In this document: positions 6,698-14,919 of the stretch, in pieces
How positions within the stretch are numbered: the stretch's first letter is position 1
How the letters are laid out: the number at the start of each line of letters is the position of its first letter
The notes under the pieces: model-generated
The model's database searches: none
The model's input: the letters and a program-made list of their open reading frames with translations, nothing else
What the model was told of the DNA's origin: nothing
Translations under genes and position numbers: made by a program
DNA from: a virus
Taxonomy: Duplodnaviria; Caudoviricetes
Reading direction: 5' to 3' (one strand)
Virus record (IMG/VR): IMGVR_UViG_3300020042_004075
Coordinates: 1 to 25,140 of that record
Length of the DNA stretch: 25,140 nucleotides

Positions 6698-6786
6698 CCT
6701 TCACACTTCTCGTGCCAGTGTGCAGCACGCTTTAGATGGTTGAGTGAGTTCTCCTCACCTGCCTTAATACAATTATCGCAGATCAT
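6613..6786 (-). CDS. small Cys/His-rich protein (57 aa)
   Basis: MICDNC...HWHEKCEGCVCQH; ATGA coupling upstream; overlaps CHC2 gene. Confidence 0.65.
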   Translation of the reverse strand: MICDNCIKAGEENSLNHLKRAAHWHEKCEGCVCQHKTGPGWVKVEGVPVPLMQTQSP

Positions 6787-6950
6787 TCTTCTACCTTCTT
6801 ACTCTCTAGTTCTTGTTGACCCTTCTGCCAAGCAACGCCTGCATCAAAGCCAGCGTTGTACCCTTGATCAAAGGACTCACTCTTTGCAGATTCATAACCT
6901 AGCCCCGCGAGTCGCCTACGATTTTCAGGTAGACCAATCTTGGTTGTCAT
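6783..6950 (-). CDS. small hypothetical protein (55 aa)
   Basis: MTTKIGLPENRRR...FDQGYNAGFDAG; ATGA overlaps at both ends. Confidence 0.7.
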   Translation of the reverse strand: MTTKIGLPENRRRLAGLGYESAKSESFDQGYNAGFDAGVAWQKGQQELESKKVEE

Positions 6951-7216
6951 ACTTTCTTTGCTCGCTTCTTAGGCGCTGTCTTCTCAACGATGTACTCTTC
7001 GACTGCTGATTCAGCATCAGCCGCAGCAATAGCTGCATCAATTACAGCATCAAGTTCTTCTGCAGATTTTGGTACAAGTATCTCCGACGTGGTGATTTCA
7101 CCCTGTGGTATTGGCATCATTGTTACTACTTTCCCCCATCTCTGGGATTGACTCATTGGCTTACCGCGTTGTGCAGTACGCCTTCTTTGACCAAGAGGTC
7201 TAATGGTTGCTGCCAT
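6947..7216 (-). CDS. hypothetical protein
   Basis: AAGGAG RBS; basic termini, Ala/acidic core. Confidence 0.6.
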   Translation of the reverse strand: MAATIRPLGQRRRTAQRGKPMSQSQRWGKVVTMMPIPQGEITTSEILVPKSAEELDAVIDAAIAAADAESAVEEYIVEKTAPKKRAKKV

Positions 7217-7571
7217 CTGACTTCTCCTTCAACCATTGTGTTAGATCCTGGATGACCCAAGCCTTATCTATACCAGAGTTGCGACGCTTAACTACAACGT
7301 AATGCAGTGGCACTTCCCCAATACCACGAGCTTTAGCGTAGTTAAGCGCCTCAACTTCTGCTTGCCTCCAGAACTCCGGCAAGTTTAGTCTCGCCGTGTT
7401 CTTGAGTTCTAGTATGTAGGTCTTTCCCGCGACAACACATACTAAATCTCCCTCGTCATCTTTACCCGCTAGACGTAAGCGGTCAGCTACTTGACCCATA
7501 GATCGTAGCCACTTCATAACATCTATCTCAAAGGCAGCACCCTTAGCCTTATTGTACTTCGGGTTGCTCAT
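7200..7571 (-). CDS. Holliday junction resolvase (Hjc-like PD-(D/E)XK)
   Basis: KAKGAAFE, EGDL, ILELKN. Confidence 0.85.
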   Translation of the reverse strand: MSNPKYNKAKGAAFEIDVMKWLRSMGQVADRLRLAGKDDEGDLVCVVAGKTYILELKNTARLNLPEFWRQAEVEALNYAKARGIGEVPLHYVVVKRRNSGIDKAWVIQDLTQWLKEKSDGSNH

Positions 7572-7761
7572 CTACCAGTACTACCTTGTTGATCTTGTAG
7601 ACAACATCGCCTGCTTCATCCTTAACTAACTCGACGATACCAGATTGCAGCAAGGCACCAACGAAGTTGGTTAGGTCTACCTTGATTGCATCAACGTCTG
7701 TACGCAGTGCCTCGATCTTAAGATTATCTCTATACTTGTTTGTTAACTGTACTTCAGCCAT
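7549..7761 (-). CDS. hypothetical protein
   Basis: ORF in operon, GGGA RBS. Confidence 0.65.
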   Translation of the reverse strand: MAEVQLTNKYRDNLKIEALRTDVDAIKVDLTNFVGALLQSGIVELVKDEAGDVVYKINKVVLVDEQPEVQ

Positions 7762-7773
7762 TAGATTCCCTAT

Positions 7774-8628
7774 CTATTGTTGGACTATGTAATCGCCTTG
7801 ATATCCACTTACTGCATCGTTTCTTAGCATAACACCCCACGCATTTTTATCCGATATCTGACAAGCAGCGTAGTTTACGAACAGTGTTACGTAGTCCTTG
7901 CCATCTGCAGCGTGTGGCCCAAAGCGGTTCTTTACTGCAGCTACCTTGAGTTCACCATTGGATGGGTCATAGCCCAGCGTTAGGATCAGCGCCGGTAGTT
8001 GACTTACCTTGCCGTGAATGGCACGTCTAGCAGGTGGATTAGATGGTGATCCGTACTCACTCTGCTCAGATACGTGGTGTAGCACAAGTACGCAGGCTTC
8101 AGTCTTACGTGCCATATCGTGCAGCTCCATCATTATCGCACGCAAGCCAGCCCACTCATTGTCAGTCTCTGCTGCTACGTTCATTAAGTTGTCTATCACA
8201 ATTAACTCTGGAGCCTTGCCATAGAGTTCTACGTATGCCCTGATCTCTAACTCGATATCGTCCAGTGATGGTGATGAATCAAAGACCCATTTAATATGTT
8301 CTAGTTTTCCAAAGTGTTTATCGTAGTAGTGCTTATCCTTAGATAAGTTTAGCTCCACCGATACCTGCGAGTGACCAGATGCAACAGATGCTGCTCTCAT
8401 CATCACGGTTGTAGTATCGGTATCTGCTGAGAAGAAGAGCGTTGATACATTTGCTTTCATCGCATAGACGAGAGCAAACATAGACTTACCAGCGTTAGGG
8501 GCCGCAGCTACCATACAGACTTGTCCTCGCCGGAACTTGATCTGCTTTAGTGATAGCCCCTGCCACACGTCAGGTAGTGGTGTTGCCTTGGTAAGCACCC
8601 CACTCCAAGCGCGTGATAAGTCAAGCAA
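7774..8628 (-). CDS. DnaB/RecA-family helicase (ATPase domain only)
   Basis: Walker A AAPNAGKS, Walker B LIVIDNL, KNRFGP. Confidence 0.9.
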   Translation of the reverse strand: MLDLSRAWSGVLTKATPLPDVWQGLSLKQIKFRRGQVCMVAAAPNAGKSMFALVYAMKANVSTLFFSADTDTTTVMMRAASVASGHSQVSVELNLSKDKHYYDKHFGKLEHIKWVFDSSPSLDDIELEIRAYVELYGKAPELIVIDNLMNVAAETDNEWAGLRAIMMELHDMARKTEACVLVLHHVSEQSEYGSPSNPPARRAIHGKVSQLPALILTLGYDPSNGELKVAAVKNRFGPHAADGKDYVTLFVNYAACQISDKNAWGVMLRNDAVSGYQGDYIVQQ

Positions 8629-8887
8629 TGCCTTCCCCCTTTAATGTTATACGTCGTTTACGTCTGATTAGCCTGCGTTCACCTTCAGCAACGCCACCCC
8701 AGATACCGTGCATCTCATTTTGTATTCCCCATTCAAGACACTCTGATTGATGTGGACACCTTCTACAAATTGATTTAGCCATAACCATCTCGGTACTGTT
8801 AGAACTTCCAGCTACCTTTTCAGGAAACCAGAAGTCGCCACCGACTGTCGCGCAAGCAGGATTCTCATAGAACCTTGGCTCGCGCAC
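8621..8887 (-). CDS. whiB: WhiB-family Fe-S transcription factor
   Basis: Four Cys (C...CRRC.....C), FWFPEK, GIWGG turn, basic ERRLIRRKRR tail. Confidence 0.95.
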   Translation of the reverse strand: MREPRFYENPACATVGGDFWFPEKVAGSSNSTEMVMAKSICRRCPHQSECLEWGIQNEMHGIWGGVAEGERRLIRRKRRITLKGEGIA

Positions 8888-8890
8888 CGA

Positions 8891-9265
8891 TCATCGGACC
8901 CAGATAGTTTCGCACTTATCTGTTGCGCCCTTTGGTGCAGCGCACATATGACCCTTCCAAGGTCCCTTGCTTGATGTTCCTTCACGAAATGACATCACGC
9001 CGTGACGACAGGTTTGTACTCCATATGTTGCAGGAGCATCAGCAACTGGTGTTGCATTAAATGCTGCAGCTACTGCTGCAACTGTTGGCGCTGGTGCTGC
9101 TGAGCTGGCACCTAGTTCGACACCGGTTGCCTTGATGTTAAGTGCGTTCATAGCAAGATCTGCTAGTCCAGCTTCTAGTTCTGTAACTGTTGCAGCATAA
9201 AGATTGATAAGTGTTCCATCAGATAACTTGTAGTTAACCTGGAACTTTGTTCCTTCTGTAGCCAT
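8891..9265 (-). CDS. hypothetical protein with Ala/Pro linker and C-terminal C-H-C-C zinc module
   Basis: CRHG...WKGHMC...KC; sits beside Cas4-like exonuclease as in other actinophages. Confidence 0.7.
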   Translation of the reverse strand: MATEGTKFQVNYKLSDGTLINLYAATVTELEAGLADLAMNALNIKATGVELGASSAAPAPTVAAVAAAFNATPVADAPATYGVQTCRHGVMSFREGTSSKGPWKGHMCAAPKGATDKCETIWVR

Positions 9266-10222
9266 TTATTTTCCTCCGCTAGGTTTGATGTTTAGTCTTG
9301 CAGTTTCCTCACCTACACTTACTGGGACAAAACCAATAAGTTCTTTTACTTTTTCTTTGTCAACTGTCTCACGACCTTTAACCTTTGTCCAACTGATTTC
9401 AATACCACTGGCTGTGACACCAACGGTTCCCTCAAATGAACTCTTGATTGAATCTCTTTCAGTTTCCAGATCTTTAATCTTACGATCTAATTGTAGAAAG
9501 TGCAGAGCGTTCTTGTCAATCTGCTCGTCCTCAATGATTACTTCACTCAGGACGATACGTTCTTTTTTTAAGCCAACACAACCCATCATTCCTGATGCGT
9601 CGTAGTACTGGCAGTAGTGCTTACAGAATGATTCATCCTTCTCAGGTTCTGGAGCTGACTCCATTGCCTTGATCTCAGTTAACCACTCCATAGCCTCTAG
9701 TGCAACATCTTCATCGTAAGGTTCTGAGTGAACCTTGACATCCTTCTCAGCACCATCACGAGCTATAGCAACTAGGTTTACAGTGTTAACTGTGTGACCA
9801 TTCTGCGATAGCAAGTATCCATAGATCTGTACCTGCCAACGCTGTTGCTTTGATGGGAAGTAAGAAAGGTTCTTGACCTTGCTTGTCTTCCAGTCAATGA
9901 CTGCACCAGTACTAGGTATAAACAAGTCCACGTGTGCTTTCATATCACCGTGTGCTACTGCAGTTTCAACTAAGTAATCTTTACCATCTGGATCTAGGTG
10001 ACCGATAGCATCTTCGATTGCAGCGTGGATAGCAGTACCCATAATTGCTGCCAGCTTTGACTGGTTCTCATTAGTCTCTGGCTGACCATTCAATCGGTAC
10101 CAGACCTTACGGCGACATCCACCTATCTCTGATGGACCTACCTGTGTCTGAGTACTGCGATCACGAGAGGCATCCTTAGCGTGGAGCACTGTTAATAGCA
10201 GTTCCTTGGGATCTGTAATCAT
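9266..10222 (-). CDS. Cas4/RecB-like PD-(D/E)XK exonuclease
   Basis: GPSEIGGC, GTAIH, HVD, IDWKT, QVQIY, C-terminal CKHYC...C (Fe-S ligands). Confidence 0.9.
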   Translation of the reverse strand: MITDPKELLLTVLHAKDASRDRSTQTQVGPSEIGGCRRKVWYRLNGQPETNENQSKLAAIMGTAIHAAIEDAIGHLDPDGKDYLVETAVAHGDMKAHVDLFIPSTGAVIDWKTSKVKNLSYFPSKQQRWQVQIYGYLLSQNGHTVNTVNLVAIARDGAEKDVKVHSEPYDEDVALEAMEWLTEIKAMESAPEPEKDESFCKHYCQYYDASGMMGCVGLKKERIVLSEVIIEDEQIDKNALHFLQLDRKIKDLETERDSIKSSFEGTVGVTASGIEISWTKVKGRETVDKEKVKELIGFVPVSVGEETARLNIKPSGGK

Positions 10223-10425
10223 TGCGGGTTCCTTACTATTTTTACTGCTTTGTGTAAGCCATCGTTATAGCCTTCTTCGTATTTGCCATACGCAACAGGA
10301 AGATATTGATCTTCTATGTCCTGTGCGATCTGCTCACGCAGTTCTATCTCCATAAATACTGGTGTTGCTGATCTGCGACCAGAAAGTATTGCTTCCTCTA
10401 TCGCATACTTAAGTGTCTTTTCCAT
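10219..10425 (-). CDS. hypothetical protein
   Basis: ELREQIAQDIE...GYNDGL..A..IVR; coupled starts and stops. Confidence 0.7.
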   Translation of the reverse strand: MEKTLKYAIEEAILSGRRSATPVFMEIELREQIAQDIEDQYLPVAYGKYEEGYNDGLHKAVKIVRNPQ

Positions 10426-10511
10426 TATCGCTTATCTCTATACTGTAGAAACGCATCGAAGGCATACGCTGATACAAAGCCAAGCAGTAATCCAAATAAA
10501 AATCCGAGCAT
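10425..10511 (-). CDS. small membrane protein (28 aa)
   Basis: MLGFLFGLLLGFVSAYAFDAFLQYRDKR; GAAAGGA RBS; TAATG coupling. Confidence 0.65.
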   Translation of the reverse strand: MLGFLFGLLLGFVSAYAFDAFLQYRDKR

Positions 10512-10514
10512 TGT

Positions 10515-11069
10515 TTATCCTTTCTCTTGAGTAACTAATTGAATCGGAGGACAGGTGTTCACGTCAAGTACCGACGCGATCTTTATTGCGCGTTCTGCTA
10601 CCACCTTAGACATAAGCAGAGACTTGTAGGAACCAGGCTTGAGTGAGTAGAGGTAGCCCAGAGCAAACGCTCCACCGCTACCTGCTGCAAAGAGTCCACG
10701 CTCGCTGGCGTTGAATGACAGATCTGATCCTATAGAAAATAACATCCCATCAAAGGCGATGAGGTAAGCAAAGCTGGCTTCCTTATCGGATGGATCGTAT
10801 CCATTATCCTTAAAGGCAGCGTAGATACTTGGCAGTACTCGCTTACCCATCCACTCGACAGGATCGTAGCTCTTATACGTTGGTGGTTTCCAATTAAAGG
10901 CGAGGATATCTCCAGGTCGTGAGTCGCCTGTGATACCTATCAGGTACTCACCTACGCTTACGATCTTAGGTGTCTGGGTAGATATGATGCGCTGATCGTT
11001 ATCGGTGATCTGCGAATCAGCAGCGAGTACTACGAAGTCAGGTCCTTGGATACCTACCAGAGTTGTCAT
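10515..11069 (-). CDS. proteasome beta subunit / HslV-like Ntn-hydrolase
   Basis: M-TT N-terminus (Thr1), AADS (Asp17), PKI (Lys33-equivalent), ITGD, AGSGG.FALGYL, ASVLDVNT. Confidence 0.85.
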   Translation of the reverse strand: MTTLVGIQGPDFVVLAADSQITDNDQRIISTQTPKIVSVGEYLIGITGDSRPGDILAFNWKPPTYKSYDPVEWMGKRVLPSIYAAFKDNGYDPSDKEASFAYLIAFDGMLFSIGSDLSFNASERGLFAAGSGGAFALGYLYSLKPGSYKSLLMSKVVAERAIKIASVLDVNTCPPIQLVTQEKG

Positions 11070-11093
11070 TGGCAGATCATATCACGGCGTGTC
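11069..11093 (-). promoter_or_regulatory. leaderless extended -10 promoter with GACACGCC box
   Basis: GACACGCC-G-TG-A-TATGAT-ctgcca-ATG: -10 hexamer at -12..-7 from the start A, no SD, GACAC at -24..-20. Confidence 0.75.
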
Positions 11094-11105
11094 TATATCG
11101 GAGAT

Positions 11106-11132
11106 TAGACATCGGGCATTACAATATGAGCC
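11106..11132 (+). promoter_or_regulatory. divergent promoter with GACAT box and TACAAT -10
   Basis: GACAT 11108-11112, TACAAT 11120-11125; same 12-nt offset as the opposite promoter. Confidence 0.55.
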
Positions 11133-11188
11133 GTAGGCGAATTAAACAGACGGCCCTTATCGGGCCGAGGAGTAGGAGGCCCGACACT

Positions 11189-11449
11189 ATGCGGCTCCGT
11201 CTACCAACCCTGCAATCTTTACGATGGCGCAGAAGTACCCTTCCTGAGCCTTACGGGGCCGATCTGAGGGCTTTAGGACCGATCCACGCCTGTACTTGTG
11301 GCTGCACTATGTTCAACATTATGGCAGCCTTTGAAGATTATGACATAGCCTGGTGGCACCTCGACGGAACCTGTGCCAACTGCGGAAATCTGGTAACAAT
11401 CCCTTGCCCTGTGGATAACCCTGATGGACCACAAGCTAACGGATATTGA
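11189..11449 (+). CDS. Cys-rich zinc-ribbon protein
   Basis: In frame with ORF 11063..11449; start at ATG after AGGAGG; HACTCGC...CANCG...C. Confidence 0.7.
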   Translation: MRLRLPTLQSLRWRRSTLPEPYGADLRALGPIHACTCGCTMFNIMAAFEDYDIAWWHLDGTCANCGNLVTIPCPVDNPDGPQANGY

Positions 11450-11774
11450 TGAGTCTGCCAGGACTGGCACCTGCTCAATCTGTGGTCACACTAAGATCAA
11501 ACTCAGAGACAAGAACAATCCCCTCTCTAGTAGGTATCGGTGCAAGACAGTCTATAAACGTAACATCATCAAGAACCAGTACCCGTACGCAGTCCACAAG
11601 AAGGATGCCTGCGAGCACTGTGGTTTCATCCCAGTCCACAGCAGTCAGCTTGACGTTGACCACATTGACGGCAACGGTAGGAACCACGACCCGTCTAACC
11701 TACAGACGCTCTGTGCTAACTGTCACCGCTTAAAGACACACTTGCATAACGATAACGACTCTGGTATTTTTTAA
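11424..11774 (+). CDS. HNH endonuclease
   Basis: CEHC...LDVDHIDGNGRNHDPSNLQTLCANCH; extra N-terminal CSIC. Confidence 0.9.
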   Translation: MDHKLTDIDESARTGTCSICGHTKIKLRDKNNPLSSRYRCKTVYKRNIIKNQYPYAVHKKDACEHCGFIPVHSSQLDVDHIDGNGRNHDPSNLQTLCANCHRLKTHLHNDNDSGIF

Positions 11775-11810
11775 GCAGTGGGGAAACCAAGTACCCACGA
11801 GTGCTGGACT

Positions 11811-11853
11811 AAACCTCTACAGACTTCGCGGCCTGTAGGGGTTTCGTTCTTTT
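11811..11853 (+). terminator. intrinsic terminator of HNH unit
   Basis: AAACCTCTACAG / CTGTAGGGGTTT 12-bp stem, then CGTTCTTTT. Confidence 0.7.
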
Positions 11854-11860
11854 CAGACAT

Positions 11861-11904
11861 AAAAAAAGAAGCCCCCCACCCAGGATTTCTCCTGAGCAGG
11901 GGGC
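11861..11904 (-). terminator. intrinsic terminator of late operon
   Basis: 15-bp stem GCCCCCTGCTCAGGA-GAAA-TCCTGGGTGGGGGGC followed by TTCTTTTTTT. Confidence 0.85.
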
Positions 11905-11928
11905 CATTGCCTCGCGCTTATGGGCTAA

Positions 11929-12123
11929 TTACTTAGCTCCACGTCCAAACTCTGATGCCTTTGGGTCTAGTGCCTTAAGCAATGGACCTGCGATAGCAGC
12001 GATACCTGCTGTTGCTAAAGCCTTTGGATCTGTCACTCCGGCAAGGTATAGCGCAATTACTGACGCTACTCCAGCACGGAGATATGTTGCGAGCATTGAT
12101 TTCATCTTTGCATTGATTTTCAT
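11929..12123 (-). CDS. putative holin
   Basis: 64 aa, two hydrophobic segments, directly after the endolysin. Confidence 0.7.
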   Translation of the reverse strand: MKINAKMKSMLATYLRAGVASVIALYLAGVTDPKALATAGIAAIAGPLLKALDPKASEFGRGAK

Positions 12124-12572
12124 TTATCCTCTTTCTTCTTAGGTAAAGGCTTAACTGCTGCCTTTACTTTGTTGATAGCCTTTGGCTGGGGCAGCCAAGG
12201 GAACCAAGGTGAGGTGTCGTTGCCGCACCCTTCCTTGATCGAAATATGTAGGTGCTTGTTGTGCTTGTTGGAACCGGTGTAGTCACGGTCACCCTTTTCC
12301 TTTGACCAGATTCTGCCTTGGAAGATCAGGTACTTCACTCGTGGATCATTACGCAGATCTATGTAGGCAATGGTGCAGTCAATACCCTTATCAGGATCGT
12401 GTGTGATATCTACTGCAAAGCCTGAGTTGTGGTCTGAGTTAGGGTTTTGATGGACGTGTGTTGCACTAGGTAGCAATCCATCTGATGCCTTCTTGCGCTT
12501 AGGAAAGTGTGCTGTTGCTTGACGCAGCGCTGCAATAGCAGCAGGTGTGGCCTTCTTTGCTAATGGGATCAT
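12120..12572 (-). CDS. endolysin, peptidase M15-like zinc peptidase
   Basis: SDHNSGFAVD (H-x6-D) and HLH (H-x-H) zinc ligands; lysis cassette position. Confidence 0.75.
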   Translation of the reverse strand: MIPLAKKATPAAIAALRQATAHFPKRKKASDGLLPSATHVHQNPNSDHNSGFAVDITHDPDKGIDCTIAYIDLRNDPRVKYLIFQGRIWSKEKGDRDYTGSNKHNKHLHISIKEGCGNDTSPWFPWLPQPKAINKVKAAVKPLPKKKEDK

Positions 12573-12772
12573 AGTTCCTTCTTCTGTATCAGGATCTGGT
12601 AGAGGATCTCTACCTTCTCTTCTAAACGGATTACTGAATCCTTAAGTGAACTGCCAGAGTTAGGCTTGAGTTCATTGAGGTAGTGCTTTACTAACCATCT
12701 GACTGCTGTAGCAAAGCCACCAATGATGGTGACTACTGCTACTGCTACCGTTGCATAGTCTTGTGCTTGCAT
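12569..12772 (-). CDS. small membrane protein of lysis cassette
   Basis: N-terminal TM, PNSGSSLKD, coiled-coil C-terminus. Confidence 0.7.
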   Translation of the reverse strand: MQAQDYATVAVAVVTIIGGFATAVRWLVKHYLNELKPNSGSSLKDSVIRLEEKVEILYQILIQKKEL

Positions 12773-14679
12773 TAGACCGTCCGAATCGTGATGAGGAGTG
12801 TGCCGCCAAAGCCTGAGAATCTCTTATCCTCTGGAGTCTTATTGATGAAATCCATCTCTTCGATGATACCTAGGTATGACTCACCGGTTCTAAAGTCTTG
12901 AACTCGGATGGTGTCACCAACATTTTCAACAGATTCAAGTTGAGACATACGAGCATAGGCAGATCCTTCATAGCCTACTTCGTTGCTGAACTTATCGCTC
13001 TCGTGGTCATAGCAGAAGACTGGATATTGAATCAGACGCTGACGTGGAACTGCAGGTAGTGACTTCAACTGGTAGCCAGTAAATAGTGGACCCTTACTGA
13101 CATCAGTAGTTGATCGAAGCAAAGTAAACTTAAATCCAAGGTATTCTTGTGCAGTAGTTGGATAGTTAACGTTGATCTCTGGAACAACTGCACCTTGTGA
13201 GAAGGTACCAATATTGTATTCAGTATCTTTTGAATCAATAGAATTGATGTTAATGCCACCGTTGGCTGTATCAATACGAGCTTGTAATAGTTTATAGATC
13301 TTAGTCTCAAGTGTGTTGTAGCGGATATAACCGGTACGCAAGTATCCACTTGCTACTACGCTAGTTGTAGATTCAGCATAGATAGTATTACCTGTAGCAA
13401 ATGCTGCTCGATCTGAGTTACCAAAGAAGGCAACTTGAGATGCAGTTGTGCCAGCACCAGAGGCAATAAGATCCCAAGCCCAAGGAAAATACAGAGCGTT
13501 AGCGATCACAGTTGTAGACAAGTCAGTGCGTACTAGCCCTGCTTCACCGTCTACAAGGGTTGCAAGATAGGCATAACTATCTCTGAAAGCAATAGCAGTA
13601 CAGGCAGCGTCTCTAAAGAGAAGTGGTCCATACTGGATGTCTCCAGTTGCATCAGCAACGCCTATTCTAAAACCTAGGCTGGTTGCAAGGACTGCATATG
13701 TACCAAGGTAGACATCAAAGTCATTAATGTATTCACCATTTGGTAGGTCAATAATAACAGTAGGTGTTTCTAGTGTTGGAAACCCTAACGAGTTGGGAGT
13801 TGTAGCATCTAGGGTAATCTTAAAGACAGATGATGAAGTTCCATTTGGATCATAGCCTGAGATATAGATAGCCTGTGGTCCTTCTGCAATACTAGACCAT
13901 ACCCAGGATGAGTTAGGATGTGTATAGAGCGCAGCAGGCAGTGAACCGCCACCGTGATTAGCATCTAATTCATAAATAACATTACCGATAGCAGCAATAA
14001 GACGCTGCTTTACATACCGGATAGTGGCACGAGTAGTGCCAGATGCGTTATAGATTTCAGCATCGGCAGGTGTAGCACCGACTGAGCCTCTATGGATGTG
14101 GGTACCATTAACAAAGAAATACTGCTTGCCATTAGTAGTAAGGCTATAGATAGTAGAGGCTGTACCAGCTTGAGCAATAGTTGTAGAAGCACCGGCGCTA
14201 GTAATCTTCTTGAGAGCAGTTCCATCTGTTACAAAGATGCAGTCATTGGTGCCATCATTGACACCGATCATCTGAGCAGGGGCAGCACCTGAATAGAATG
14301 AAGCAGTATCGTTAAGCAGAGTTGCCTGTCCTCTAGTCCAGACATCTATACCTTTAGACTCTGTGTACTGAAAGCGCAGTGACTCTTCTTGGATAGGCTC
14401 AAAATACTTAATCCCCGCTCCGAAGTGGAACGAGGATTGAGATCTAACCCACCAACCGGTGAGTGTCTGCTCACCAGGTTCACGCGTCTGGTCAATCTGT
14501 TGCTTGCGGTACTGCGCTGTGACTCGACGATAAGGTTGCTCATCGGAGGCAGCAAGAAAGAACGGAAGTGCAGCAAAGGCTACATCGTAGGCTGGCCCAG
14601 TTGGAGTATAGGTAGTAGATCCTGCAGGGTTGGAAAGTACATAGGGCAAGCCCTCGGTGATATCGTCGCCGTATGGCAC
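12772..14679 (-). CDS. tail protein, probable beta-propeller nozzle (tail tubular B-like)
   Basis: 635 aa, beta-rich, last structural gene; AAGGAG RBS with GTG start; specific role inferred. Confidence 0.6.
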   Translation of the reverse strand: MPYGDDITEGLPYVLSNPAGSTTYTPTGPAYDVAFAALPFFLAASDEQPYRRVTAQYRKQQIDQTREPGEQTLTGWWVRSQSSFHFGAGIKYFEPIQEESLRFQYTESKGIDVWTRGQATLLNDTASFYSGAAPAQMIGVNDGTNDCIFVTDGTALKKITSAGASTTIAQAGTASTIYSLTTNGKQYFFVNGTHIHRGSVGATPADAEIYNASGTTRATIRYVKQRLIAAIGNVIYELDANHGGGSLPAALYTHPNSSWVWSSIAEGPQAIYISGYDPNGTSSSVFKITLDATTPNSLGFPTLETPTVIIDLPNGEYINDFDVYLGTYAVLATSLGFRIGVADATGDIQYGPLLFRDAACTAIAFRDSYAYLATLVDGEAGLVRTDLSTTVIANALYFPWAWDLIASGAGTTASQVAFFGNSDRAAFATGNTIYAESTTSVVASGYLRTGYIRYNTLETKIYKLLQARIDTANGGININSIDSKDTEYNIGTFSQGAVVPEINVNYPTTAQEYLGFKFTLLRSTTDVSKGPLFTGYQLKSLPAVPRQRLIQYPVFCYDHESDKFSNEVGYEGSAYARMSQLESVENVGDTIRVQDFRTGESYLGIIEEMDFINKTPEDKRFSGFGGTLLITIRTV

Positions 14680-14688
14680 TGTAACTCC

Positions 14689-14919
14689 TTAGTTGTTTGT
14701 TATTGCTGCGATCTCTTCACCTGATAGGCCAAGTGCTGCCAACTTTGCTTGAGCAGATAACTTGGCATCAGCCTTAGCCTGCTCTGCTGCTTCACGCTCT
14801 GCCTTTTCAATAGCAGCAGCCTGTGCATCTACTGCACGCTGCTCGATCTCTTCAGGCGTTAGGTCTACGTAGCTCTGTGTACCTTTAGCAAGGTCAACGA
14901 TTAGTTTCTTATCAGCCAT
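14689..14919 (-). CDS. hypothetical tail-associated protein
   Basis: DLTPEEI...AKLAALGLS.EEI, Ala/Glu helix. Confidence 0.65.
   Translation of the reverse strand: MADKKLIVDLAKGTQSYVDLTPEEIEQRAVDAQAAAIEKAEREAAEQAKADAKLSAQAKLAALGLSGEEIAAITNN

Noticed and set aside
9266-10222. Cas4-like gene as evidence of a CRISPR system
   Set aside because: No repeat-spacer array or other cas genes; solo Cas4-like exonucleases are common in phage replication modules
11063-11188. 42-codon N-terminal extension of ORF 11063..11449
   Set aside because: Runs through the divergent promoter region; AGGAGG supports the start at 11189
11775-11810. Possible tRNA or ribozyme after HNH gene
   Set aside because: Only a 5-bp stem; no cloverleaf, T-loop or hammerhead core
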